DNA of 64,000 bases from Thermodesulfobacteriota bacterium (GCA_965216785.1 OZ244197.1:992001-1056000), one strand, 5' to 3'; positions 52,715-61,295 are shown, numbered from the stretch's first letter. Numbers and translations: made by a program. Notes: a model not told the origin generated them from the sequence alone.

Positions 52715-53287
52715 TCAATTTTCCTCAATATAGTCCTGAAGAAGCGACAGACTCACCAGCTTTTCGGCGATGTTCTTGTACAGCTCGCCTATCTTGAGAA
52801 GGTTGATCACTTCGTCCATGTTCTTCCAGTCCTGGATAAGGTATGTCAGAAGTATTCTCTTGTGCTGATCTTCAAGATGCTCGATATACGTGCAGTCTTC
52901 CTCAAGCTTTTTGGTGTCCAGGTTGTTGGACCAGGAGTCGTATGAGGTAAGACACTTGATGTTGGGCAAAATGACGTCAAGCATCTTCTTCGTATCGAAC
53001 TCCTCCAGCAGTGGCTTTACGGATTTGAGGTTTTCCATCAGGTCTACAGAATCGCTGAATTTATCTATGATCGACAGCATCAGCTTGACCGCGGTCTTGT
53101 AGTTGATGTCACGGTTGTTCTTACAGTCCTCAAGGGCCGCTCTGAGGTTCTCGCCCAGCAGATTTATCTCTTCCCTCAGGGATTTAAGCTCTTCTTCGTC
53201 CCTAGTGGTTATGTAGCTCTTTGATTTAGAGACAAAAGACTCGAATTCACTATCTATTAGCGATCTGTCCAGTGTGCCAGTTCCCAT
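52715..53287 (-). CDS. Divergent PhoU-like helical protein
   Basis: C-terminal ILLTYLIQDWKNM...LLKIGELYKNIAE resembles PhoU LLTYMMEDPR...ERIGD..NIAE; Pho-box-like repeat upstream. Confidence 0.5.
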   Translation of the reverse strand: MGTGTLDRSLIDSEFESFVSKSKSYITTRDEEELKSLREEINLLGENLRAALEDCKNNRDINYKTAVKLMLSIIDKFSDSVDLMENLKSVKPLLEEFDTKKMLDVILPNIKCLTSYDSWSNNLDTKKLEEDCTYIEHLEDQHKRILLTYLIQDWKNMDEVINLLKIGELYKNIAEKLVSLSLLQDYIEEN

Positions 53288-53331
53288 ATGTAATCACCCC
53301 TCAGTTGATATTGAAACCGAGAGATAATATT

Positions 53332-53371
53332 ACTATATCTGGATATTTTTGTGTTAAGATTGTGTTAAGAT
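53332..53371 (-). promoter_or_regulatory. Perfect 11-bp tandem repeat (ATCTTAACACA x2) plus -10; Pho-box-like
   Basis: Plus strand TGTGTTAAGAT at 53350-53360 and 53361-53371; TATAGT (minus strand) at 53332-53337. Confidence 0.6.
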
Positions 53372-53445
53372 AGTGTGGCCTTTAGATATTTATTTAAATG
53401 CAGGCCGTATGTTGTGTTTTGTCTGAGAAGATTTGAAAGAGCAAT

Positions 53446-53530
53446 AAAAACGGGTGAGTCCCGCGGGTCAAGACCCACCCTGTTTTTAGACTCGTGCCTG
53501 GAGAGAGGCAGGTAATTAAATAGCAGATAG
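53446..53530 (-). ncRNA. Candidate small RNA between the PhoU-like and Agt-like genes
   Basis: Phased boxes at 53552/53563/53574/53585 and TACTCT; GCCT-CTCTCC-AGGC hairpin; terminator at 53446-53487. Confidence 0.35.
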
Positions 53531-53592
53531 TCTTAAGAGTACGGCTTGATTGTTAAGAGGCTGTGTCGGGCGGGTTAACAGGATATGAATAG

Positions 53593-54582
53593 CTAAATAA
53601 GGTGGCTTACAAACTGGTCCGCAATAGAGCTCCAGCTCTGCGTCTCCGCGTATTTGCGGGCGTTTTCTGAAAAATCGTCCAGTTTATAAAAGACCTTCTC
53701 TATATTGTTCTCAAGATCGTCCCCCAGGTGCCCCGTGCATCCGTCCAGCACGATATCGCTAGGGCTCGGCACATTATACGCTACGACCGGGAGGCCGCAG
53801 GCCATGGCCTCGAGGATGACGAGCCCGAACGTGTCGAGCTTGCTCGGGAAAACAAATACATCGGCCTTGGTGTAAATATCCTTAAGGTTCTTGTGCGCTA
53901 CGTAGCCCGTATATTCAACGTCCGTATATTTTGATTTCAGTGTTTTTAAATATGGGCCGTCGCCGACGAGTATTTTTCTATAGCCCTTAATTTTACAAAA
54001 GTCCTCGAGGTTTTTATCTTTACTCACCCTGCCGACGGTGATGAGGGTTTTCTCTCTTGAGCGCCGGGCCTTGCCATTGGCATTGAATATGCTCGTATCT
54101 ACTCCCCTGCCCCAGACGATCGAGTTTCTCAGCCCCAGCTGCTTTGCTATGCTTTTGGTGGTGACCAGCACTTTCTTGCTGTAGCTGTGAAACCACCTTA
54201 CGTACAGCCAGGTCATGAACCTCGGGACGCCGTAGAGCACCCAGCCGTACTCTGCGAGCCTGGTGTGATAGGATGTGTTGTAGTTTATGGCGTTTGCGCG
54301 GCAGTACTGTCTCATCGCGAGCCCAAGGGAGCCTTCGGTCGCTATGTGAATCCTGTCGGGCTTTACCTGTTCGTAATATTTTTTGACTATCTGCGGTGCG
54401 TTTATGACGACCGGAATGTTGCCCTGGATTTTAAATATATGCTCCGCTCCACTGACGTAGGGGCTGAGCACGAACACGTCGTGCTCTTCTTTTATGAGCT
54501 TGGTGATGTAGCTCCAGGTGTAGGTTACGCCGTTTACCTGGGGGTGCCACGCGTCAGTAACGAGCATTATTTTCATATTCAT
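53593..54582 (-). CDS. GT4 glycosyltransferase, Agt-like (glycolipid synthase)
   Basis: LVTDAWHPQVNGV, IHIATEGSLG, TSYHT, WGRGVD, VGRVSKDKN, DTFGLVILEAMACGLPV. Confidence 0.85.
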   Translation of the reverse strand: MNMKIMLVTDAWHPQVNGVTYTWSYITKLIKEEHDVFVLSPYVSGAEHIFKIQGNIPVVINAPQIVKKYYEQVKPDRIHIATEGSLGLAMRQYCRANAINYNTSYHTRLAEYGWVLYGVPRFMTWLYVRWFHSYSKKVLVTTKSIAKQLGLRNSIVWGRGVDTSIFNANGKARRSREKTLITVGRVSKDKNLEDFCKIKGYRKILVGDGPYLKTLKSKYTDVEYTGYVAHKNLKDIYTKADVFVFPSKLDTFGLVILEAMACGLPVVAYNVPSPSDIVLDGCTGHLGDDLENNIEKVFYKLDDFSENARKYAETQSWSSIADQFVSHLI

Positions 54583-54694
54583 ACCCGGAGAGTAAATCTA
54601 TAGCGGATATGTTGAGGATATAATTTAAATATTAAGGGTGTATGTTAAAGGGATTAAAGGGGGGTTAATAAACCTATCCTGAACACTAGGGCTT

Positions 54695-55333
54695 TTAAAT
54701 GATGTTAGTGAAATAAAGAATGGACGCGGCTGTCGCCCCTCCAAGAAAAATGCCCGCTATACTCTGTGAAAAGGTGTGTCTGTCAAGGCGTACCCGGGAC
54801 CATGCTGTGGCCGGAATAATCAGAGATACGGGCAGTAAGCTCTGTCCGAATAGCGCTATCGCCACAACGGCAAGCCCCGATGCCGCGGTACAGTGACCGC
54901 TGATCTTCCACCTGAAGGTTATGAGCACTATCAGCATCAGCTGAATTATGGCTACTGAGCTTATGATCAAGAGCATTCTCGGAGCGCCCCCGAAGTAGAG
55001 CACGGAGAATACTATAGAGGATATAAGCAGAATAATAATAAGCGGCCAGGCGCGCTGCTCCCTGATCTTCATATGAAAATCGGTTACGTGCCCCCTTCTG
55101 ACAAGAGAGAAAATATATATGCTGGGTATCAGCACGAAAAGTACTATGGATATAACAGTCCAGTAGAGCACGGGCTCGTTTTCAACAGCCTGGGCCGCTA
55201 GAATGAGGCTCGCTACCGCAAGCAGGGGCGGGCTGAATATTGTGGATATTATGCGTGCCGTTTTATCTCTCCGGTGTTCCGATATTAATATAGTGTCAGC
55301 AATTCTCGAGTAATAGCTTTTATTTGTCGCCAT
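54695..55333 (-). CDS. PAP2-like membrane phosphoesterase
   Basis: Six TM helices; WKISGH and WSRVRL.RHT..Q motifs. Confidence 0.75.
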   Translation of the reverse strand: MATNKSYYSRIADTILISEHRRDKTARIISTIFSPPLLAVASLILAAQAVENEPVLYWTVISIVLFVLIPSIYIFSLVRRGHVTDFHMKIREQRAWPLIIILLISSIVFSVLYFGGAPRMLLIISSVAIIQLMLIVLITFRWKISGHCTAASGLAVVAIALFGQSLLPVSLIIPATAWSRVRLDRHTFSQSIAGIFLGGATAASILYFTNII

Positions 55334-55621
55334 CGTTCTTTGTTTTAACCGTTTTGCCGTCCATAACTAATAGTATAATAGCAATTAAGTATTAAGCGGT
55401 CTTTAATTCTCTATTAAAGCGGCGTTAACGTAGTACCATCTGCAAAGGCGCGTATAAGTCCCGAATATTAAGAATGCTCGACCGCTTATTTCTTAATAAT
55501 GGCCCCCCATAAACATATTATAGTCTAAAAATCCAAAATTAGTAATAGGCAGTTTGGATTGGGCCGCTGTCCCTGTAAACAGCCCGCGTTTTTGGGGATT
55601 GCTCTTGAGCCGGGCATTGGG

Positions 55622-55864
55622 ATGTACCGTGTGCAGGAGAGGATACTTGAGTTTCTGGACGGCGAGACAGAGCCGGTGCATAGGAAGCTGATATTTGAGG
55701 ACGTGCAGGACGAGACCGGAGCTAAGCAGAGAACAGTTGAACGCGGGATTGAGGAGCTTATGGCCCTAGGACATGTTACAAAGGTGAAAAGGGGTTACTA
55801 CATGCTCTCAGAGTTCGCGCCGCAAGCGCCAACCCTAGGGTTTGGCGGGAATGGCGGGAAGTGA
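55622..55864 (+). CDS. Small winged-helix-like protein or gene fragment
   Basis: ERILEFL...TVERGIEEL...GHVTKVKRGYY; the tail APQAPTLGFGGNGGK is encoded by a palindrome; start uncertain. Confidence 0.45.
   Translation: MYRVQERILEFLDGETEPVHRKLIFEDVQDETGAKQRTVERGIEELMALGHVTKVKRGYYMLSEFAPQAPTLGFGGNGGK
55811..55860 (+). repeat. Left copy of the palindromic element flanking the R-M cassette
   Basis: GAGTTCGCGCCGCAAGCGCCAA-CCCTAGGG-TTTGGCGGGAATGGCGGGAA. Confidence 0.8.
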
Positions 55865-55875
55865 GGGGGTATCTA

Positions 55876-56718
55876 TCAAAGAATATCTTTTTCTACTTCA
55901 GGTGCTTCTATTCCTAAATATTCTCTATATATTCTCTCCCTGTAGACATTACCAAGCTCATTTACAGCTTCAATGAATGCTTGGTAAGTTCCAGTACCAC
56001 CTATTTTGTCCCAAAATTCATTTCCAATTAGGACAACTTTGTCCTCTTTCATATCAAACCATCGTGCAGGAAAACTCCAACTATAGTTTTCTCTAGTGCC
56101 ATATGGGTTGTAGGGCAAAGCATAAAAAGCATCATCTATTTGCGGATTTGTCATACAGTAGAGTTTCAATATTTTTTCTTTACTTACTTTTGTCTGATCA
56201 CTATTGGGTAGAGGTGCTTTTAATTCAAATGCATATTTTTTGTCGTTATTATGATCTTCAGTGTAAACATCACATACAACTGTAATAGGAATTTCTTCAC
56301 CTTTGCCTTTCAGAATATAATTTATTTCAGTATCCCAATCGGGCCGTTTCCGCTTTTGTCCTTTCCCAGGGTGTTCCAATGCATTAAGGATTTCAGTTAT
56401 ACGTCTAAGCCTACCCTGTTTAATTGTTCCACTTATAGTATGATTTAATTTTCCAAAGCCAAGACCATGTTGTGCCGCAACAACAGCTAATTTTTCCCAA
56501 ACTCCACCAAATGGAGTTACAAATCTACGTTCAAAATGAGACCCTTGAAATATTTCATAAGGCACTAGTGCCGCATATAATGGTTTCTCAGCTTTAAATT
56601 TGTCCAGTAGAAAAGGATCTTCAACTAATACTTTCTCTAGAACTCTATCCATCAACAAATTGATAACTGATTGTATAGATGTTTTGATCTCATCATGAAC
56701 GCTCACAACTTTCTCCAT
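55876..56718 (-). CDS. Type II restriction endonuclease, TdeIII/MjaII-like family
   Basis: FERRFVTPFG..WEKLA, D....FELKAPLPN.DQTK..KEKILKL, ALPYNPYG, FWD.IGG.GTY. Confidence 0.85.
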   Translation of the reverse strand: MEKVVSVHDEIKTSIQSVINLLMDRVLEKVLVEDPFLLDKFKAEKPLYAALVPYEIFQGSHFERRFVTPFGGVWEKLAVVAAQHGLGFGKLNHTISGTIKQGRLRRITEILNALEHPGKGQKRKRPDWDTEINYILKGKGEEIPITVVCDVYTEDHNNDKKYAFELKAPLPNSDQTKVSKEKILKLYCMTNPQIDDAFYALPYNPYGTRENYSWSFPARWFDMKEDKVVLIGNEFWDKIGGTGTYQAFIEAVNELGNVYRERIYREYLGIEAPEVEKDIL

Positions 56719-57920
56719 ATGAATACTGATTCATAGAATTCATTAGACCTTCTGCCTGTTCTGCGATTAACATGTCGTTGTACAATGGCTTCGATTTCAA
56801 CATCTACAAGTTTAGCAATTTGCTCATAAAGGTTTTTTGTATCAGCAGCAATAATTATCATCCTGCCACCAGGTGCTAATGCATTTTTTGCATTAATAAA
56901 AACATTAGCAAGTGCCTCTATATATTTTTGTTGTGCCTTCTTACTTGCGCCATTTGCAGCAGGACCAATTTCATCCTGGCTATTGTCTTCAAGTCCTAAC
57001 AAATGATATGCATATTCATGCTGTAAGTGGTAATCAATCAAACCAACATATGGTGGACTTGTAATAACACCGTCTATTGGTGGGTATGCGGCTTGTCGAC
57101 TATCCTGATGATGAACCTCTGATAATGCATTGGTTCGTAAATGTGAAAATTCCTTTATACGCCTTATAGTATCAAGGCTATATCTAGAGATAAATTTAAG
57201 AGCATCTTCTGTCGGTGTACACGTTCTAGAATGCTTATAACACCAATATTCAGTATTTTGAGGAAACTTAGGAAAATCGAGGTCATAATGTGTTGTTAAT
57301 CGTGCGGATCTTGCGGAACGGGAAAGTATTATTTTTAGAAGATCTTTGTATTTATAATTTCCTGTCTCTAGAAAGAATTTATAAGCTAACAGCTCATTTA
57401 AGGCTTTTGGTTTGTACCACTCTTTTAAGTATTGATTAGCAACAAATGTAGGGTTCTCTAACTTTAGATTTTCTTTCCAGAGACTTAGCTGGTTCTTATC
57501 TCTTTGTGAAAACTCGTTTACCTTTTTTAGGATATCTAATACTTCTTCGTTTAAACTAGAAATATCATATTTCTCTATCTTAACTTTAGACAATAATACA
57601 TTGAAAGCCGAAACATCATAACCAATAGTATTTATTCCTAACTCATTTGCTTGTATTAGTGTAGTACCTGAACCACAAAATGGATCTAGTATTGTTTGCC
57701 CGGGTTCAAAATACTTCCGTAAAAATATTTCTACTAACTGTGGGATAAATTTGCCCAGATATGGGTGTAGACGGTGAACATGCTTAGTTCTTTCTCTTTC
57801 TGGAAGCTCTTTTTCGTTCCAATTTAAGTTTAAAGATTCAAGTTTTGTATCTTTACTAACCCTACTAGGTATAGTGGGTGTTAACTCTTTGTATTCAGTT
57901 GTTTCTTGTGTCAACTGCAA
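56703..57920 (-). CDS. Amino (N4-cytosine-type) DNA methyltransferase
   Basis: HPYLGKFIPQL, DPFCGSGTT (motif I), ITSPPY (motif IV); overlaps the REase start. Confidence 0.88.
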   Translation of the reverse strand: MQLTQETTEYKELTPTIPSRVSKDTKLESLNLNWNEKELPERERTKHVHRLHPYLGKFIPQLVEIFLRKYFEPGQTILDPFCGSGTTLIQANELGINTIGYDVSAFNVLLSKVKIEKYDISSLNEEVLDILKKVNEFSQRDKNQLSLWKENLKLENPTFVANQYLKEWYKPKALNELLAYKFFLETGNYKYKDLLKIILSRSARSARLTTHYDLDFPKFPQNTEYWCYKHSRTCTPTEDALKFISRYSLDTIRRIKEFSHLRTNALSEVHHQDSRQAAYPPIDGVITSPPYVGLIDYHLQHEYAYHLLGLEDNSQDEIGPAANGASKKAQQKYIEALANVFINAKNALAPGGRMIIIAADTKNLYEQIAKLVDVEIEAIVQRHVNRRTGRRSNEFYESVFIWRKL

Positions 57921-57991
57921 TTTATCTGACCTTTAAATATTTTGTGGTATAACATACTAGATTGACTAATATACTTCAAATGTAAATGATG

Positions 57992-58086
57992 TTCCCGCCA
58001 ATCGCGCCAAAGTATGGGGACAGAGGCGAGCGTCTTAATGCGATGCCGGGGTGTTAATTAGAAATTGGCGCTTGCGGCGCTAACTC
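57992..58086 (-). repeat. Right (inverted) copy of the palindromic element, interrupted by a module-A repeat (58014-58060)
   Basis: 57992-58011 is an 18/20 inverted match to 55841-55860; 58065-58086 is a 21/22 inverted match to 55811-55832. Confidence 0.8.
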
Positions 58087-58099
58087 AAAAGACAGAAAC

Positions 58100-58145
58100 A
58101 AAAAAGGGAGCCGAAAGGGAGATAATCTCCCTAAGCTCCCTCTTT
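58100..58145 (-). terminator. Terminator of the IPTL-CTERM gene 58181-58693
   Basis: AAAAAAGGGAGC...AGGGAGA-TAA-TCTCCCT...GCTCCC. Confidence 0.75.
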
Positions 58146-58180
58146 CATACTTTAGTTTTTCTATTTGTTACCGCGAGTGG

Positions 58181-58693
58181 TTACGCCGCGGCTTTTCTTC
58201 TGCGGACTGCTAACAGCCCTACAATGCCCAAAACTCCCGCCATGGCTATGAGTCCCCATTCAGACAGCGTAGGGATGGGGCGCGCACCTAAAAAATTGCT
58301 AAATGTACACGATATAGCACCACCACCGCCAAAGCAGCCGATGGTCACAGTAGCGCCGTCAATGGAAAAATTAACATCTCCCTCAACCCCGCACTCTATA
58401 CCCTGAAGCTCCCATCCGTCTAAAGGCTGTTCTGTGACTGCGAGTGTGTCGCCCGGGTCTATGCTAGTTGCGAAAGAGTCAGAATCGGGGTCACTTAAGG
58501 GAACTTCAAAAACAATCTCACCGGAAACGTTTTCAAATGTGAACACCGTGTTGTTTGCGGGAGTGGACGATTTAACAATCTCTATATCACAGTCCGTTGG
58601 TTGAGCCCTGGCATCGGGGCTGAAACCCAAACCAATTCCAACGGCAACATACGCGAAAATAAATACCGCAGCAATTCTGTAAGCGATCTTCAT
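58181..58693 (-). CDS. IPTL-CTERM surface protein (Ig/prealbumin-like domain)
   Basis: Signal peptide; IEIVK...FTF, VTE..LDGW.L..IEC, CTFSN; RPIPTLSEWG tail. Confidence 0.9.
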   Translation of the reverse strand: MKIAYRIAAVFIFAYVAVGIGLGFSPDARAQPTDCDIEIVKSSTPANNTVFTFENVSGEIVFEVPLSDPDSDSFATSIDPGDTLAVTEQPLDGWELQGIECGVEGDVNFSIDGATVTIGCFGGGGAISCTFSNFLGARPIPTLSEWGLIAMAGVLGIVGLLAVRRRKAAA

Positions 58694-58794
58694 GATGGAT
58701 CCTCCTTTATGCGTAAAAAATTCAGATTTTTTCTACGCTAACATATTTTACTGCCTTTTTGAAGATATATCGGGCAAATAGAGCAGAAGAGCCG

Positions 58795-58855
58795 CGCGGT
58801 TTAATCAGGGGCTTTCTCGAACGTTACGCGGAGCATGCCCCCTTCGAGGCTGGCG
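58795..58855 (+). repeat. 61-bp direct duplicate of 59990-60050 (3' end of the ArsA-like gene)
   Basis: 59/61 identical: CGCGGTTTAATCAGGGGCTTTCTCGAACGTTACGCGGAGCATGCCCCCTTC... Confidence 0.92.
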
Positions 58856-58887
58856 AAGCCCGATCGGGGGGGGAGCCTAAAATCAAG
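58852..58887 (+). repeat. Dispersed hairpin repeat, module B fragment
   Basis: GGCGAAGCCCGATCGGGGGGGGAGCCTAAAATCAAG versus GCGAAGTGCGATCGGGGGGTATAAAATCAAG at 12112. Confidence 0.7.
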
Positions 58888-59072
58888 CTGGCCCGGGACG
58901 ACTTAAACACGCGAAGGGCGGTTAAAACAATAGACTCTTTTAATTATTATTTATACCTAGCGTTGTTTTTATATAATAGATTTTAATCTACTTAAAGGTG
59001 AGATTGCGCTAGGAATTTAATCTAATAGTGTTATAATTGGATAAATATTCACAATAAAAGGGAGGTTATGGG

Positions 59073-59999
59073 ATGAATCTATTAAGAATAACAATTACAG
59101 CTTTTTTCATTTTTATGCTCTCCTACGGCGCAGCGAGTGCACAACATGCACTCTTGATTTCCGTCGACGATTTCTGCATACAAGACGATGTGGGTAGTGA
59201 GCAGAGCAGACTTTTCAGAGTTGACCCGGAAACAGGGCAGATAGTAAGTATCGGACCAATCGGTTTCGACGCCGTAACGGGCATGGCGCAGCTCGGTGAC
59301 GGGAGACTCGTGGGCAGCGCAAGAGCGGACGCGGATGGGGACAGGATATCTATCCTTATCGAAATAAACCCGCTCACAGGCACGGGTACACTCATCGGGA
59401 CCATCGGTAACAATAACGAGGGCGGCTGCGGCAGAGTGCCTGACCTTACCTACGACGCTGCTACGGATACGCTCTACGGAATAGGCTTCAGGTGTATTCC
59501 GGGTGACAGCCACGGCGGCATAACAGAGCTGCTTACTATAAATCAAAATACCGGAGAGGGCACTACAGTCGGGCAGACCGGGTTTTTCGGGGGCGGGAAC
59601 GGACTGGCCATCAGTCCCGGCGGTACGCTGTTTTCTTCTGAGAACGAAGAGTTTTTAACCCTTGACCCGGATACAGGCCAGGGAACGCTGGTTGCAAACC
59701 ATCCCCCACCGGGTGATTTCGTTATGTCTGCAATGGACTTCCAGCCTGAAACAGGTGATCTCTTTGGGGTTGCATTCAGATTTGGCGAAGGGTTCCCGAC
59801 CGATCTCGTAACCATAAATACTGCAACAGCCGTGTTAACCACAATACTCGAGTTGCCGGTCTGTTCAGATGCGATGGTGTTTATTGAAATTCCACCGAGA
59901 CCCATCCCTACGCTTTCCGAGTGGGGACTGATCGCTACAGCCGGAGTGCTGGGCATTATCGGCTTCTTTGCGCTCAGGAGAAGAAGGGCCGCGGTTTAA
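59073..59999 (+). CDS. IPTL-CTERM surface protein (beta-propeller-like repeats)
   Basis: Signal peptide; repeated L..I(D/N)P.TG.GT.(I/V)G; RPIPTLSEWG tail. Confidence 0.9.
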   Translation: MNLLRITITAFFIFMLSYGAASAQHALLISVDDFCIQDDVGSEQSRLFRVDPETGQIVSIGPIGFDAVTGMAQLGDGRLVGSARADADGDRISILIEINPLTGTGTLIGTIGNNNEGGCGRVPDLTYDAATDTLYGIGFRCIPGDSHGGITELLTINQNTGEGTTVGQTGFFGGGNGLAISPGGTLFSSENEEFLTLDPDTGQGTLVANHPPPGDFVMSAMDFQPETGDLFGVAFRFGEGFPTDLVTINTATAVLTTILELPVCSDAMVFIEIPPRPIPTLSEWGLIATAGVLGIIGFFALRRRRAAV

Positions 60000-61171
60000 T
60001 CAGGGGCTTTCTCGAACGTTACGCGGAGCATGCCCCCTTCTAGGTTGGCGCTCTCCACATTTAGCTTGGCGAGGAACTTGGGCAGGAAAATGTTCCGCCT
60101 CTGGTTCTCGATCTGAATAGTAAGCTCGTCCCCTACCTGGTGGAGCTTCAGCTCTTCCTTTGTAATGAAAGGGAGCGTCATCACGAGCGAGTAGGTGTCT
60201 TCCTCTTTCACAATCTCATAGGGCTTACCCTTGAAAAATACCTGCGAGGGGTCTTCGCCTGAAAACAGGGACTGTCCAAACCCGGTAAGCGCCTGTGTGC
60301 CCAGGACCTCTTTTGACGAGAGCTGGGCCTCGTGTATGGGTATCCGGTTGAACAGCTCCCCTATCTCCTCGCGGTAAGTGTCCTGGAACTTGCGCCACTC
60401 TTTAAAGAACGGGTGGTCGAGCTCAACGGGCATGGTGCGGTTTACGATTATCGAGTCCACGGGATAGCCGTAGAGGTTGAGGTAGGTGTACGCCCTCTGG
60501 GTCTCCTTGATAACCATTTTCTCAAGGTTCAGGACGAGGCGGATGGAGGTGATCTCGGGGTCTGAGAATACCTGGTGTATGGCGTTTAACTGTACAAAGA
60601 GCTGCTCTATCGCCTCATACGTGTCCTCTTCGGGAAGCGGCATATCGGACACCACTTTCACGGCGGGCCTTACGACCTTTAGCACTTTGCGCTCTATAGG
60701 GAACACCTTCACGAGCCACCAGCGGGCAACGTCGGGAAGCGAAAGGAGCTTTAGGGTCTCGCCCGTAGGGGCGCTGTCCACGATGATTACGTCGAAGTCG
60801 CTTTCCATGTAGTGGTTATAGACCCAGAGAAAGGAGGCTACCTCTTCCATGCCGGGGAAGACGCTGAATTCTTCTGCCAGTATGTCGTCAACGTTCATCC
60901 AGCTAAAAAGGGACTGTATGTAGCCCGTGAGCTTTCCCCAGTATTTATTGACAGAGTAGTAAACGTCTATCTCCTGGGCGTAGAGGTTCTTCATCACGCG
61001 CACGGGCTCGGGCCCGAGCTCTCTATCGAACGCGTCGCGCAGGCTATGGGCGGCGTCTGTAGAGACAACGAGGGTCTTGTGCCCCATCTTGGCAGACTGT
61101 ATGGCAGTGGCCGCGGCAACCGTTGTCTTGCCGACTCCCCCTTTCCCGGTGTATAGGATTACTCTTTTCAT
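59996..61171 (-). CDS. ArsA/Get3(TRC40)-family ATPase with C-terminal HSP20-like domain
   Basis: GKGGVGKTT, STDAAHSL, PGMEE, DSAPTGETL; single NBD; C-terminal GDELTIQI.N.RRNI.LP; no Cys seen. Confidence 0.9.
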   Translation of the reverse strand: MKRVILYTGKGGVGKTTVAAATAIQSAKMGHKTLVVSTDAAHSLRDAFDRELGPEPVRVMKNLYAQEIDVYYSVNKYWGKLTGYIQSLFSWMNVDDILAEEFSVFPGMEEVASFLWVYNHYMESDFDVIIVDSAPTGETLKLLSLPDVARWWLVKVFPIERKVLKVVRPAVKVVSDMPLPEEDTYEAIEQLFVQLNAIHQVFSDPEITSIRLVLNLEKMVIKETQRAYTYLNLYGYPVDSIIVNRTMPVELDHPFFKEWRKFQDTYREEIGELFNRIPIHEAQLSSKEVLGTQALTGFGQSLFSGEDPSQVFFKGKPYEIVKEEDTYSLVMTLPFITKEELKLHQVGDELTIQIENQRRNIFLPKFLAKLNVESANLEGGMLRVTFEKAPD

Positions 61172-61234
61172 GTGTTTGTCTCTTTAAGCATTAGATTTAA
61201 GTGTGTATAAAGAGTACCAGGTAATCCAGCGGGC

Positions 61235-61265
61235 TTGACATAAATTCTCACGCGCTTAATATAAT
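61235..61265 (+). promoter_or_regulatory. Sigma-70 promoter candidate
   Basis: TTGACA at 61235; TAATAT/TATAAT at 61257-61265. Confidence 0.55.
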
Positions 61266-61295
61266 AGTCCGAAATCTTTTAGCGAGGTTTACATT

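Noticed and set aside
55447-55474. Possible dif/pdif site next to the R-M cassette (GGCGCGTATAA)
   Set aside because: The XerC-like arm is 9/11, but no acceptable XerD arm (TTATGTTAAAT) follows at 6-bp spacing.
57991-58086. Palindromic R-M flanks interpreted as integron attC sites
   Set aside because: GTT/AAC triplets are in the reverse arrangement to RYYYAAC...GTTRRRY, the two copies are inverted rather than direct, and no integrase is present.
59996-61171. Arsenic resistance pump ATPase
   Set aside because: Single NBD, no metalloid-binding Cys seen, and no arsB/acr3/arsD/arsR nearby.
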